A model generated the notes under the pieces. The model saw nothing but the letters and a program-made list of their open reading frames with translations. It searched no databases and was not told where the DNA came from. DNA of 64,000 bases from Nitrosopumilaceae archaeon (lineage in GTDB: Archaea > Thermoproteota > Nitrososphaeria > Nitrososphaerales > Nitrosopumilaceae): positions 99,876 to 163,875 of the forward strand of contig CBDBCR010000002.1 in NCBI GenBank assembly GCA_965203465.1, written 5' to 3'. Positions 29,122 to 38,900 of the stretch are shown here, in pieces. Both the position numbers and the translations under genes were made by a program. Position 1 is the first letter of the stretch. Every line of letters begins with the position of its first letter.

Positions 29122-29648
29122 TAGAAGAGTGGTCTGCCTGGGTGGTATCGCTGGTCTCGGAGAACCTGTACCCGGGGATATTCGCCGCCGCGTTCGCAGA
29201 GACGGTCTTTCCGCCCATACCGAGCGAGGTGATATTCCCGCTGGCCGGGTACACGATACTGCACGGGGGCCTGCACGAGCTCCACGTGATCGGGGCCGGC
29301 GTGGCCGGCGGCGGAGGGGCCACGGCCGGCGGGCTGGTCATATTCGCCGCCTCGCGGGTGCTTGGCAGGGCCGCGGTGGTGCGCCTGGCCGCGAGGCTGC
29401 GCGTGGGCGAGGAGCGCGTGGAGCGCGCCGAGCGCTGGTTCGAAAGGCACGGGGACCGCTCCGTGCTGTTCGGCAGGCTGGTGCCCGGCGTGCGCTCGCT
29501 GATCTCGGTGCCGGCGGGGATCCTGGCCATGAGGCCGGCCAAGTTCCTGCTGTACACGTTCGCCGGATCGTGCGCCTGGAGCACGGCGCTGGTCGCCGCC
29601 GGGTACTATTTCGGCGTGGCCCAGGTCAGCTTTTGGCCGGAACCATGA
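29118..29648 (+). CDS. DedA-family membrane protein
   Basis: AETVFPPIPSEVIFPLAG, WFERHG..SVLFGRLVPGVRSLISVPAG motifs. Confidence 0.92.
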   Translation: MIEEWSAWVVSLVSENLYPGIFAAAFAETVFPPIPSEVIFPLAGYTILHGGLHELHVIGAGVAGGGGATAGGLVIFAASRVLGRAAVVRLAARLRVGEERVERAERWFERHGDRSVLFGRLVPGVRSLISVPAGILAMRPAKFLLYTFAGSCAWSTALVAAGYYFGVAQVSFWPEP

Positions 29649-30756
29649 ACTCGTGGGCCCTGATCCGCTCCAGCTCCGGCTCCAGATCCCGCACGCTCTG
29701 CCCGCCGCGCGCCACGATGTTGGCGTGGCCCATCTTGCGCCCGGGCCTTGACGAGGCCTTGCGGTACATCTTTGTGTGCACGCTGCCGCCGCGCGGCTCC
29801 GAGACCTCGTAGGGGCCCTCGAAGCTGCCGAGCACGTTGTGCATTATCGTGGGCCTCTCTATGCGGGCCGGCCCGAGCGGCATGCCGAGCACGGCGCGCA
29901 GGTGCTGCTCGAACTGCGAGACGGCGCACGACTGGAGCGTGTGGTGGCCCGAGTTGTGCACGCGCGGCGCTATCTCGTTGACGAGCAGCCCGTCGCCGCG
30001 CACGAACATCTCTATGCCGAAGACGCCCTCGCCTTCCAGGGCGCCCATGACGCGGCCGGCGAGCTCTTCGGCCTTTCGCGAAACCTGCGGGCCCGCGCGC
30101 GCCGGCGCGAACGTGGTCCGCAGTATGCCGGCCTCGTGGACGTTCTCGACGGCCGGGTAGGCCGCGCGCGCGCCGCCGGCCCCCCTCGCCGCCACGACCG
30201 AGACTTCCATGGAGAATGGTATCTTTTTTTCGAGCATGAGCGGGCCCGCGAGGGCGCCGAACGCCTCTTCGACGACGCCGTCCCAGGAGACCTCAAAGTT
30301 GCCCCTGCCGTCGTAGCCCCCCCGCCTCGACTTTGCTATGACCGGGTAGCCCAGGGAGCGCGCGGCCTCTCTGGCCTCTTTTGGCGAGGGCGCGTCGGCG
30401 AACGGGGCGACCGGTATCCCGTTCTCCTCCAGCATGCGCTTTTGGAGCAGCTTGTCCTGTATCGTGCGGAGCGTCGAGGGCGGGGGGCTGATGCGGGCCT
30501 CGCCCTGCAGGCCGGCGAGCACGGAGCTGTCCCCAGACTCTATCTCGTAGGTTATGACGTCGGCGCGGCGCGCCAGCTCTTGCAGCGCGGCCCCGTCGGC
30601 AAAGCCGGCCGTTATCTGCCGCGCGCCCGCCTGCGAGGCGGGGCAGTCCGGCGTCGGATCCAGCACCACGACCTCGGACACTTGGGGCATCCTGGAGGCC
30701 GCCTCGGTGAGCATCATGCCGAGCTGGCCCCCTCCGATGATGCCCAGCACGGTCAC
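29626..30756 (-). CDS. purK: 5-(carboxyamino)imidazole ribonucleotide synthase
   Basis: LGIIGGGQLGMM, GYDGRGN, NEIAPRVHNSGH, SQFEQHLRA, RKMGH motifs. Confidence 0.95.
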   Translation of the reverse strand: MTVLGIIGGGQLGMMLTEAASRMPQVSEVVVLDPTPDCPASQAGARQITAGFADGAALQELARRADVITYEIESGDSSVLAGLQGEARISPPPSTLRTIQDKLLQKRMLEENGIPVAPFADAPSPKEAREAARSLGYPVIAKSRRGGYDGRGNFEVSWDGVVEEAFGALAGPLMLEKKIPFSMEVSVVAARGAGGARAAYPAVENVHEAGILRTTFAPARAGPQVSRKAEELAGRVMGALEGEGVFGIEMFVRGDGLLVNEIAPRVHNSGHHTLQSCAVSQFEQHLRAVLGMPLGPARIERPTIMHNVLGSFEGPYEVSEPRGGSVHTKMYRKASSRPGRKMGHANIVARGGQSVRDLEPELERIRAHEFMVPAKS

Positions 30757-30808
30757 GCAGGCGGCCCCCAGAGTTCTCAATTTATCGCTTCGGCCGCCCG
30801 GGGCGCTT

Positions 30809-30984
30809 GGGGTATACTATCCGTACACCACGCGGGGGTATACTACTTTCCGTACACGACCCGAAAAATTCCTGTGATACCAAAGTGTCCCTCTAAGACA
30901 GTACGGTTGCACAAAGTCTCTGCGCCTGAAGATTTTTATGGTACCTACTTGTCCCCACAAGACAGCATGGTTGCACAAAGTCTC
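30809..30984. repeat. Two sets of direct repeats in the purK/abiEi intergenic region (candidate operators)
   Basis: GGGGTATACTA..CCGTACAC at 30809 and 30835; GGTTGCACAAAGTCTC exact at 30905-30920 and 30969-30984, inside a longer imperfect repeat. Confidence 0.75.
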
Positions 30985-31788
30985 CAGTTCGGCCCCCAAG
31001 AGACCAAGCTGATGCTCGGCCTCGAGCAGAAAGAGTTCTCCGTCTTTGAGACCGAGGACGCCAGAAGGATACTCGGAACCGGGCCGGCGGCGGTCAACCT
31101 GGTGCTCAGCGGACTGAACAAAAAGGGGCGCGTCAAGCGCATAACGAGGGGCAGGTACCTGCTGGTCCCCGCGCGCGCCGGCATGGAGGGGTACTGGACG
31201 GACTACTACGGGGCGGTGGTGCCGCACCTGGCCGACGAATACTATGTGGCGTTTGCCACCGCCATGGATTTCTGGGACATGACCGAGCAGATCTCGCGCG
31301 TGGTGTACGTGGCCACCCCCAAGCGCAAAAAGAACCCGGCCATCGAGTTCATAGGCGTGAGGTACGAGTTTGTGACGCTGGCGCAGAAAAAGTTCTTCGG
31401 CATCGTAGAGTCCCCCGGCGACTTGAAGTTCAACGTCTCCAGCAGGGAAAAGACGATAGTCGACGGCCTCATGCACCCGCAGTACTGCGGGGGGATATCG
31501 GAGATGGCAAAGGCCATGTGGGACATTCGGGAGGACGCCGACTGGAGCGCGGTGCTCGAGATGGCCGAGCGCACGGGGGTAAGCGTGGTGCTCCAGAGGC
31601 TGGGCTACCTGCTGGAAAAGCTGGAGATGGAAGGGAACATCGCCGAATCTATCAGCTCCAAGGTGCAGGGACGCCCTTACCAGCGTCTGGATCCTTACCT
31701 TTTGAGCGAAACGGTCGAGACATCCCGCAGGTACAGGCTGAAGGTCAATATGGACTCGGAGCACCTGCTGGGGTGGATGGACACTTGA
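30967..31788 (+). CDS. Type IV TA antitoxin, AbiEi family
   Basis: N-terminal wHTH (L..KGRVKRITRGRYLLVP), YYVAFATA..FW.MTEQ, SREKTIVD, RLGYLLE motifs. Confidence 0.85.
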   Translation: MVAQSLQFGPQETKLMLGLEQKEFSVFETEDARRILGTGPAAVNLVLSGLNKKGRVKRITRGRYLLVPARAGMEGYWTDYYGAVVPHLADEYYVAFATAMDFWDMTEQISRVVYVATPKRKKNPAIEFIGVRYEFVTLAQKKFFGIVESPGDLKFNVSSREKTIVDGLMHPQYCGGISEMAKAMWDIREDADWSAVLEMAERTGVSVVLQRLGYLLEKLEMEGNIAESISSKVQGRPYQRLDPYLLSETVETSRRYRLKVNMDSEHLLGWMDT

Positions 31789-32552
31789 ACAAGAGCCAGC
31801 TGCAGAGCTTGTCTGCCAAGCACGACGTGCCGATGGGAACCATAGAAAAGGACTACACTCTGACGTGCATCCTCTGCACGATGGCCGAGTTCCCGAAGCT
31901 CGGCTCCATGATGTTCAAGGGGGGCACCGCGATCAACAAAATACACTACAAAGACGCCCGGTTCTCCGAGGATCTCGACTTTGCCTGCACGGAGGACGTC
32001 TCGGCAGAATTCTGCGATTTCGTAGAAAACAGCATGGCCGGACTGAGCGTAAAGTTCGAAAAAATCGCGGGCAGAGTGAGGAGGGAAGACAGTTTCAGGT
32101 TCAAGATGCGGTACGTCCAGTGCAACGGGACGCGCGAGAGCATAAGGATAGACATGAGCCTGCGCGGGGACATACTGGACAGGGCCGAGACCAAGCCCAT
32201 CCTGCACGGCTACGAATTTCGGCACGATCTGCGCATGCCGGTCATGTCTCCCGAGGAGATCATGGCAGAAAAGGTCAGAGCCGTCATATACACGGGGCAC
32301 CCGAGGCACCTGAACGATCTTTACTTCCTGCACAACAAAGGCGTCAAGCTCAACGCAGGATGGGTGGAGACCAAGATCAGGGACGTGTACGGGGGCGAGT
32401 TCAACATGGACCAGTTTACAAAAACCGTATCTGAGAAACAAGAATTTTGGAAGCGCGATCTGAAGCGGTTCATACCGGGCGGCCCCCCGCCGTTCGAAGA
32501 GGCGTCAGAGAAAGTGGTAGAGGTCGTGCGCGAGGCCATGGGCGCCGCATAG
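31785..32552 (+). CDS. Type IV TA toxin, AbiEii nucleotidyltransferase
   Basis: IEKDY, FKGGTAI, RFSEDLDF, EEIMAEKVRA, RHLNDLY motifs; TTG start overlaps the antitoxin stop. Confidence 0.9.
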   Translation: MNKSQLQSLSAKHDVPMGTIEKDYTLTCILCTMAEFPKLGSMMFKGGTAINKIHYKDARFSEDLDFACTEDVSAEFCDFVENSMAGLSVKFEKIAGRVRREDSFRFKMRYVQCNGTRESIRIDMSLRGDILDRAETKPILHGYEFRHDLRMPVMSPEEIMAEKVRAVIYTGHPRHLNDLYFLHNKGVKLNAGWVETKIRDVYGGEFNMDQFTKTVSEKQEFWKRDLKRFIPGGPPPFEEASEKVVEVVREAMGAA

Positions 32553-32581
32553 CTTAATTATCGCAGCCGGGCTGGGCGGGC

Positions 32582-33082
32582 GTGGACTTGTACGCCCTCC
32601 GGCACGGCAAGGCGGAAGAGCCGGGCCCGCGCGGCGACGCGGCGCGGCGCCTCACGCAGGAGGGCGCCAAGGAGATGGCGCGCATCGCAGACGCGCTGTA
32701 CCGGCTCGGGTACAGGCCGGGGCGCGTGGCCTCGAGCCCGCTAAAGAGGGCTAGGCAGACCGCGGAAGCCGTCGTGGCCGCCGCCCCGCAGGCAAAGCGG
32801 CCGACCATCGAGGTGTGGGACGAGCTCGTGCCGGAGGCCGACCCGCAGAGCGCGATGGCGCGCCTGTCCGGATCGGAGCCGGACGGCTCGGTGATGGTAG
32901 TCGGGCATTTGCCGCACCTGGCGCACCTGGTAGGCCGGGCCGTCTCCGCAGGGGCTGGCGCGCAGCTGGAGATCAAAAAGGGGGCGCTTGCGCACGTGCG
33001 CGTCTCGTCGTTCTCGCACAGGCCGCACGGCCACCTGCGCGCTCTGCTCTCGCCGCGCGCGCTGCGCGCGTGCGCAAGGTGA
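32582..33082 (+). CDS. sixA: Phosphohistidine phosphatase SixA
   Basis: LRHGKAE, RRLTQEG, SSPLKRARQTA, VVGHLP motifs. Confidence 0.88.
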   Translation: MDLYALRHGKAEEPGPRGDAARRLTQEGAKEMARIADALYRLGYRPGRVASSPLKRARQTAEAVVAAAPQAKRPTIEVWDELVPEADPQSAMARLSGSEPDGSVMVVGHLPHLAHLVGRAVSAGAGAQLEIKKGALAHVRVSSFSHRPHGHLRALLSPRALRACAR

Positions 33083-33088
33083 GGCGCG

Positions 33089-34549
33089 GTGCACGGCGGG
33101 CCTCCCCAGGGCAGGGCCAGCGTGGTCGACATGGGCTCCAACTCGATAAAGCTGGCAAACTACTACGTCTGGCCCGACAACAGCTACAAGCCCTACCACC
33201 ACGAATCGATAGAGGTGCGCCTCGGCGACGGCCTGCAGGACGGGGCCATCAGGCCAAAGTACGCCGAGCGGGCCGTCGAGGCGCTCAGGATGTTCCGCAG
33301 CGTGGTGCAGTTCGAGCAGATAGAGTACGTGGTGGCCGTGGCCACCAGCGCGGTGCGCGAGGCCTCCAACCGCGGGGCCATGCTCACAGAGATATCTGAA
33401 AAGACGGGGTTTTCGTTCAGCGTGCTCTCGGAGCGCCACGAGGCAGAGTACTCGTTCGTCGGCGCCATGCGCTCGCTGGACGTGCCCTCGTGCGTCATGT
33501 TCGACCTGGGCGGCGGCAGCCTCGAGCTGGTGAGGTCCGAAGACGGCCGCATAACGGACGTCAGGTCGCTGCCGCTGGGATCGCTGCGCCTGACGCGCGA
33601 GTTCGGCAGCGCCAAAAAGATGCGCGAGCGCGTGCGCTCCGTGTTGCCCTCGGCTGCCGAGCTGGGCGCCGAAGGGCTGCCGCTGGTCGGCGTCGGCGGG
33701 GCGGTGCGGGCGCTCGCAAAGCACGAGCAGCACCTGCGCGGCTACAAGCTATCAAAGGCGCACAACTACCGGCTGGAGCCCGATTCGGTCTCCGACATCT
33801 ACGGCTCGCTCTCGGGCATGGAGCCGGAACAGATAGCGCAGCTTGGCACCATAGGGCGCGGGCGCTCCGAGACCATGGCCGCGGGCGCGTGCGTGGTCGC
33901 CGAGCTTTCGCGCGAGCTGGGCCCGGTCACGGTCAGCGCGCAGGGGCTCCGCGAGGGCGTGCTAGCAGCGGCGCTGTGCGGGCACCCCGCCGGCAGGGAG
34001 GGGTCAGAGTACGAGCAGGCGCTCGTCGGGCCCGAGCGCGCGCTGCCAGAGACCTCCGAGGCGCTGCTCGGGGCGCTCTGGGCGGCGCGGGCCGTCTCGG
34101 AGCGCGAGGCGCGCCTGCTGCGCGAGGCGCTGGGCGCGGCCGGCAAGCTCTGGGAGTTCCGCGACGCGGCCAACGTGCTCTCGTCGATAATGGACGACGA
34201 CAGCCACCTGGACCACCGCGACCAGCTCGTCGTGGCCCTCTCGCTGGTCTCTTCCAAAAAGCGCCGCCGCGCCGGGGCGCTCGCCTCCGATCACGCCGGC
34301 CTGCTCGGGGAGGGCGACGCGGCGTCCGCGAGGCGCATGGGCTCGGTGGTGGCGGTCTGCGACCTGCTGCACAGGACGGGGGCGCGCCTGAAAGCGCAGG
34401 GCGGCGCCGACGGCGTGCGCCTGGAGGTCATGCCTCCCGGCGGCGCATTCCCCGAGGCGCTGATGGGGCGGGCCTGCGCCAAGCTCCGAGAGGATCTCGG
34501 AATAGGGGTGGAGCAGTCGGTCGTGGGCGCGCGCGCCCAGGAGGCCTGA
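33089..34549 (+). CDS. ppx: Ppx/GppA exopolyphosphatase-family protein
   Basis: VVDMGSNSIKL, VATSAVREASN, FDLGGGSLE, SLPLGSLRL, GLREG motifs. Confidence 0.9.
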   Translation: MHGGPPQGRASVVDMGSNSIKLANYYVWPDNSYKPYHHESIEVRLGDGLQDGAIRPKYAERAVEALRMFRSVVQFEQIEYVVAVATSAVREASNRGAMLTEISEKTGFSFSVLSERHEAEYSFVGAMRSLDVPSCVMFDLGGGSLELVRSEDGRITDVRSLPLGSLRLTREFGSAKKMRERVRSVLPSAAELGAEGLPLVGVGGAVRALAKHEQHLRGYKLSKAHNYRLEPDSVSDIYGSLSGMEPEQIAQLGTIGRGRSETMAAGACVVAELSRELGPVTVSAQGLREGVLAAALCGHPAGREGSEYEQALVGPERALPETSEALLGALWAARAVSEREARLLREALGAAGKLWEFRDAANVLSSIMDDDSHLDHRDQLVVALSLVSSKKRRRAGALASDHAGLLGEGDAASARRMGSVVAVCDLLHRTGARLKAQGGADGVRLEVMPPGGAFPEALMGRACAKLREDLGIGVEQSVVGARAQEA

Positions 34550-34584
34550 AGGTGGCCGGCGCGAGCGCACACAGCGGCCACGGC

Positions 34585-35250
34585 ATGCCGGGCAGGCTCG
34601 TGGTGGTCGAGGGGATAGACGGCTCGGGCAAGTCCACGCAGATCCGCCTGCTGGAAAAGTGGCTCAAGTTCAACGGGCTGGACGTGTTCCTGACCGAGTG
34701 GAACTCGTCTGACTTGGTAAAGGAGGTCACCTCGAGGGGCAAGAAAAAGGCCAACCTGACGCCTACCACATTCAGCCTGCTGCACGCGACCGACTTTGCC
34801 GACCGCTTCGAGCGCAACATATCTCCGCTGCTGCACGCGGGGTACGTCGTGCTGGCCGACAGGTACGTCTATACCGCGTACGCGCGCGACGCCACGCGGG
34901 GCTGCGATCCGCGCTGGGTGCGCAAGCTGTACAGCTTTGCCATAAAGCCGGACATCGCGTTCTACTTCCGCGTGCCCGTCGACATATCCGTGGACCGGAT
35001 ACTGTCGGGCAGGCCCAAGCTAAAGCACTACGAGGCCGGCATGGACCTGGGGCTGAGCGGCGACACGTACGAGAGCTACCGCATATTCCAGAGCCGCATA
35101 CAGGGCCAGTACGATTCGATGGTCGAGGCGGAGGGGTTTTCCGTGATCGACGGCACCCGCGGGATACGCCAGCAGCAGTCGCTGATGCGCTCGGAGGTGC
35201 TGCGCGTGCTGCCGCCCTCGGTAGCGCGCCGGCTCAGGGGGGCGCCCTAG
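34585..35250 (+). CDS. tmk: Thymidylate-kinase-like P-loop protein A
   Basis: VVEGIDGSGKSTQ and LADRYVYTAYA motifs. Confidence 0.8.
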   Translation: MPGRLVVVEGIDGSGKSTQIRLLEKWLKFNGLDVFLTEWNSSDLVKEVTSRGKKKANLTPTTFSLLHATDFADRFERNISPLLHAGYVVLADRYVYTAYARDATRGCDPRWVRKLYSFAIKPDIAFYFRVPVDISVDRILSGRPKLKHYEAGMDLGLSGDTYESYRIFQSRIQGQYDSMVEAEGFSVIDGTRGIRQQQSLMRSEVLRVLPPSVARRLRGAP

Positions 35251-35251
35251 G

Positions 35252-35962
35252 ATGGCGCGCAGGCCGTCGTGGTACGGCAGCGGGCGCTCGCGCGGTGCCC
35301 CGTACCTGAGGGACCTCGAGATCGAGGGGAGGCTCATCGTCATAGAGGGGCCCGACGCCTCGGGGCGCAGCTCGCAGGTGCAGCTGCTGACCGAGAAACT
35401 GGAGGCCGACGGGCACGCGGTGCTCAACACGGGCATACGCAGATCCGACCTGGTCAGCCGCGGCATACTGGAGGCCAAGCGCAACGTCACGCTCGGCAAG
35501 CGCACGCTGGCCATATTCTACGCGGCCGACTTTGCCGACCAACTCGAGCACAAGATAATCCCGGCGCTCCAGTCGGGCCACGTGGTGCTGGCCGACAGGT
35601 ACGTGTACACGCTGATGGCGCGCAACACGGTGCGCGGGATGAGCCGCAGGTGGTCCGACGACCTGTACGGGTTTGCCATGGTGCCCGACCTGGTGTTCTA
35701 CCTCGACGTGGATCCGTACAACCTTGTACACAGGGTCTTTGAAAAGCGGCAGAGCCTCGACTACTACGAGTCGGGCGCCGACATGGGCATCTACGACGAC
35801 GTCTTCAAGTCGTTCATCGCCTACCAGCAGAGGCTGGCGCGCGAGTTCGAGCACCTCAAGAAAAAGTACGGCCTGACGCCGGTGGACGGCAACCGGCCGG
35901 CCGAGGCCGTGCACAGGGATCTGGAGGCGCAGATATCGGGGTACCTTGCCGGCGCGCAGTAG
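35252..35962 (+). CDS. Thymidylate-kinase-like P-loop protein B (variant Walker A)
   Basis: VIEGPDASGRSSQ (Lys replaced by Arg) and LADRYVYTL motifs. Confidence 0.8.
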   Translation: MARRPSWYGSGRSRGAPYLRDLEIEGRLIVIEGPDASGRSSQVQLLTEKLEADGHAVLNTGIRRSDLVSRGILEAKRNVTLGKRTLAIFYAADFADQLEHKIIPALQSGHVVLADRYVYTLMARNTVRGMSRRWSDDLYGFAMVPDLVFYLDVDPYNLVHRVFEKRQSLDYYESGADMGIYDDVFKSFIAYQQRLAREFEHLKKKYGLTPVDGNRPAEAVHRDLEAQISGYLAGAQ

Positions 35963-35989
35963 GGCGCGAGACGCCGCGCTCGGCCAGAG

Positions 35990-38900
35990 TCAGATCATCG
36001 ACTGGTAGGACGCGCCCTTCATGTATTTTTCGAGGCTGTCGCTTTCCGGCTTCCATCCGGGGCCCGGTTCGAACTCTTTGGGGAGCTGCTTGATTATGCG
36101 CTCGGACTCTAGGCCGACGTGTACGGCCCGCTCTATGACGGCCACTATGTCGGTGCCGGTGCACGGATCGTTGGTGATGCCTATGTCCTCGCGCGTTTCC
36201 TTCTTGTACCGATCTTTGATCCATTCTAGCGGCGTGCGGCCGTTGACGCGGTACGTGGTTTCTGGTATCTTGTCAAACAGCACGGCACCGTCTGCACGAA
36301 TGATCGTACGATCCTCGCCTGAGCTCTTTCTCCCAAAAGACAGTCTTGCAAACCCCGTGGGATTGAACTTTGGCTTGCCGAGGCTGTGCCTCTTACAGGA
36401 ATCGAAATTGAGGTGTAGATCTGCGAGAGACTTGCCTGCGTTGCGGAATGCGGCAAAGTCTGGCGCCATGGGGATGCGGGGAAGCTCTCGGGTCAGGTTG
36501 TTGGCGAACTTTTCCTTATAGCCTGGATGATGCAGAAGTCCATAGATGTAGTTGAATATATCAAACTTTGAAATTTTTAGACCGTAGTGGTTACGGTATT
36601 CTGACAGTGTGGAGTCGCTAATGTTGTCTTGTTTTATGTCGTTTTTGTAGACGTACAATGGAAAACATTGGTTGGCCGCGATTATATGCAGATCTGGAGT
36701 TATGTCGGTTATGAGAGCTGAAAATCTCCCTGCAAACTTGTACGGTACGCAGATGGTGGGGTTTTTAGTGTCGTTGCAGGGGAAAAATTCTGGTGTTAAC
36801 GAGATCCGTTCGTTGAACACTCTGTCAAAATACAGATACTGAGCGAAAAAAGGGCGGTAGCACGCTTTGCGTATATTTCCGGCGGAGAATTTTGGGACGT
36901 GTTTTTTGAGCCTTTTTGAGAGATCAGTGCTCCATTTTGCTTGTTTGGAATCTACTGGAGACGGTTTAGCCGAGATGTGTTTGCTACAATAACTAACGTG
37001 TGTTTTCATGTTTGTTTCAAGTTTATCTACGGATGAATTGTACACCCACGCATCGCGGCTGGTCCCAACGCCCAATGATTGGGTGTTGAATATCGTCTGT
37101 TCGTTTTTGGATGACACATTTCCAAGCGCACGATACTTTGAAAAATCACCACCACGCTGATCCAGCCAATCATAGTGACTGTCGGGTGTTATGATGATCC
37201 AATCTTTAATGCCGCCTATGGACTTTGAATCTCGTACGATCTCAAGCTTTTGTTCCCTGTTCAAATAATCTCCAATGTCTTTGTACCTGACGGTGCAGCC
37301 TTTCATGCGGGGGCTCTTTACCAAGAGTGTGATGGCTACTGCGGCCCTCGAACCGGATCCGAATATCTTGCCTCCTTCGCGCCTAGACATCTCGCCCTGC
37401 GTTCGCTGGTTGCCACGCAGATCAAAGCACCAGATCTCGTTGAATTCTTCAGCTAAAGATGCGCGTATTCCTGCGCCTGCTTCGGACTTCAAAAATCCTG
37501 CGTTGGTGATCACCGCAACGATCCCAGAGTCGCCTATTCTGTCGCTAGCCCAGCGAAGAGATCGAATATATGAGTCGTACATTGATCTTTTCTGGGTCAC
37601 GTTACATTTTTGCAAGTACGTGTATTCTATTCTTTTATCCAACTTTGGATATTTGAGGTTCTTGTTTTCATCGTGGTAGTCGCTCTGGCCGGCAGAGTAC
37701 GGCGGGTTGCCGATGATCACGTGTACGTGCGATCCACGTTGCGCCATGATTCGTTCGTGTGCTGCCTTGAATTGGCTGTCCATCTTGGTCTGTTCGCCAC
37801 GGTGCTCGGCATCTTCTCTGTAGCGAGGGTTTATGCGGAGTGTATCCGTGTAACTGATCCCTTCGAACGGCACATATTTGCCGCCCCGGCGTAAACTGGA
37901 ATATGTGGTCTCGATGTTTACCGTAGCAATGTAATATGCAAGCAGGATAAGCTCGTCTGCAAACAAATCATTCTTGTACTTTTCGTACAAGTTGTCTCTT
38001 ATCAGATCTGATTCCAACAGTCTCGTGAGGAACGTACCAGTTCCTGCGAATGGATCCAGCACCTTGACAGGCCTGTCGTTTAGGCATACACCGAAGTGCT
38101 TTCTCAGCAGATGTTCCACACTGTGTATGATAAAATCGACTATCTCGACTGGCGTGTAGACCACACCATGCCGTCTGACACTTTGATTATCGGCGCTCTC
38201 GAAAAAGTTGCCGTATATCTTTTTGATAAAGTTCTGCCGTGCCTCTCTGGTTTTTATGCCGTCCAGCTCGCGGTTGACATCTTCGTAGAATCCGGCCAGA
38301 TCGCGCAGCTCTTCCTGCATTCCAATTTTTTTGGCTACCGCGTCGAGCACATTTGCTATTGGATTGTGCGACGTGAACTGTCCGGAGAAGAGCTGATCAA
38401 AGACGCGCGAGAGGACGATGTGCTGGGATACGGTCTGTACGGCTGCGTCCTGTGTGACCGAATCTCCTACCATCTCCTTCAGGTCTGCGTGAAGCTTTTC
38501 GATCTCCTTCCGAGCTGCAGGGTTCTTTTTCATCCGGTTTCGTATCCTGCCTTCTATGGTGGTCGCGGCATCACCCAGTTTCTTCCCGTACTTGTCGTAG
38601 TAGTTGATGTCGCCTACCTTTTCGACCAGTTTTGACTTTATGCTGGAAAAGAACTTGGTGAGCGGCTCGCCGTCTACCGTTTCGTCCAAGACTGAGACGC
38701 TGACGCGGGGAGGGCCGGTGGCCTCTGTATTCTTGTCCAGAATCAGCTGGTTTATCTCGTGGCCGAAATCCTCGTCGTGGGATCGCAGGGCGTTGAGGAC
38801 CTGCCATACGACGCGGAAAGTCTTGTTGTCGTTGAGAGCCTCGTGGTATTGCAGGCCGGCGGGTATGGCCACCGGGAGTATCACGTATCCGTATTTTTTG

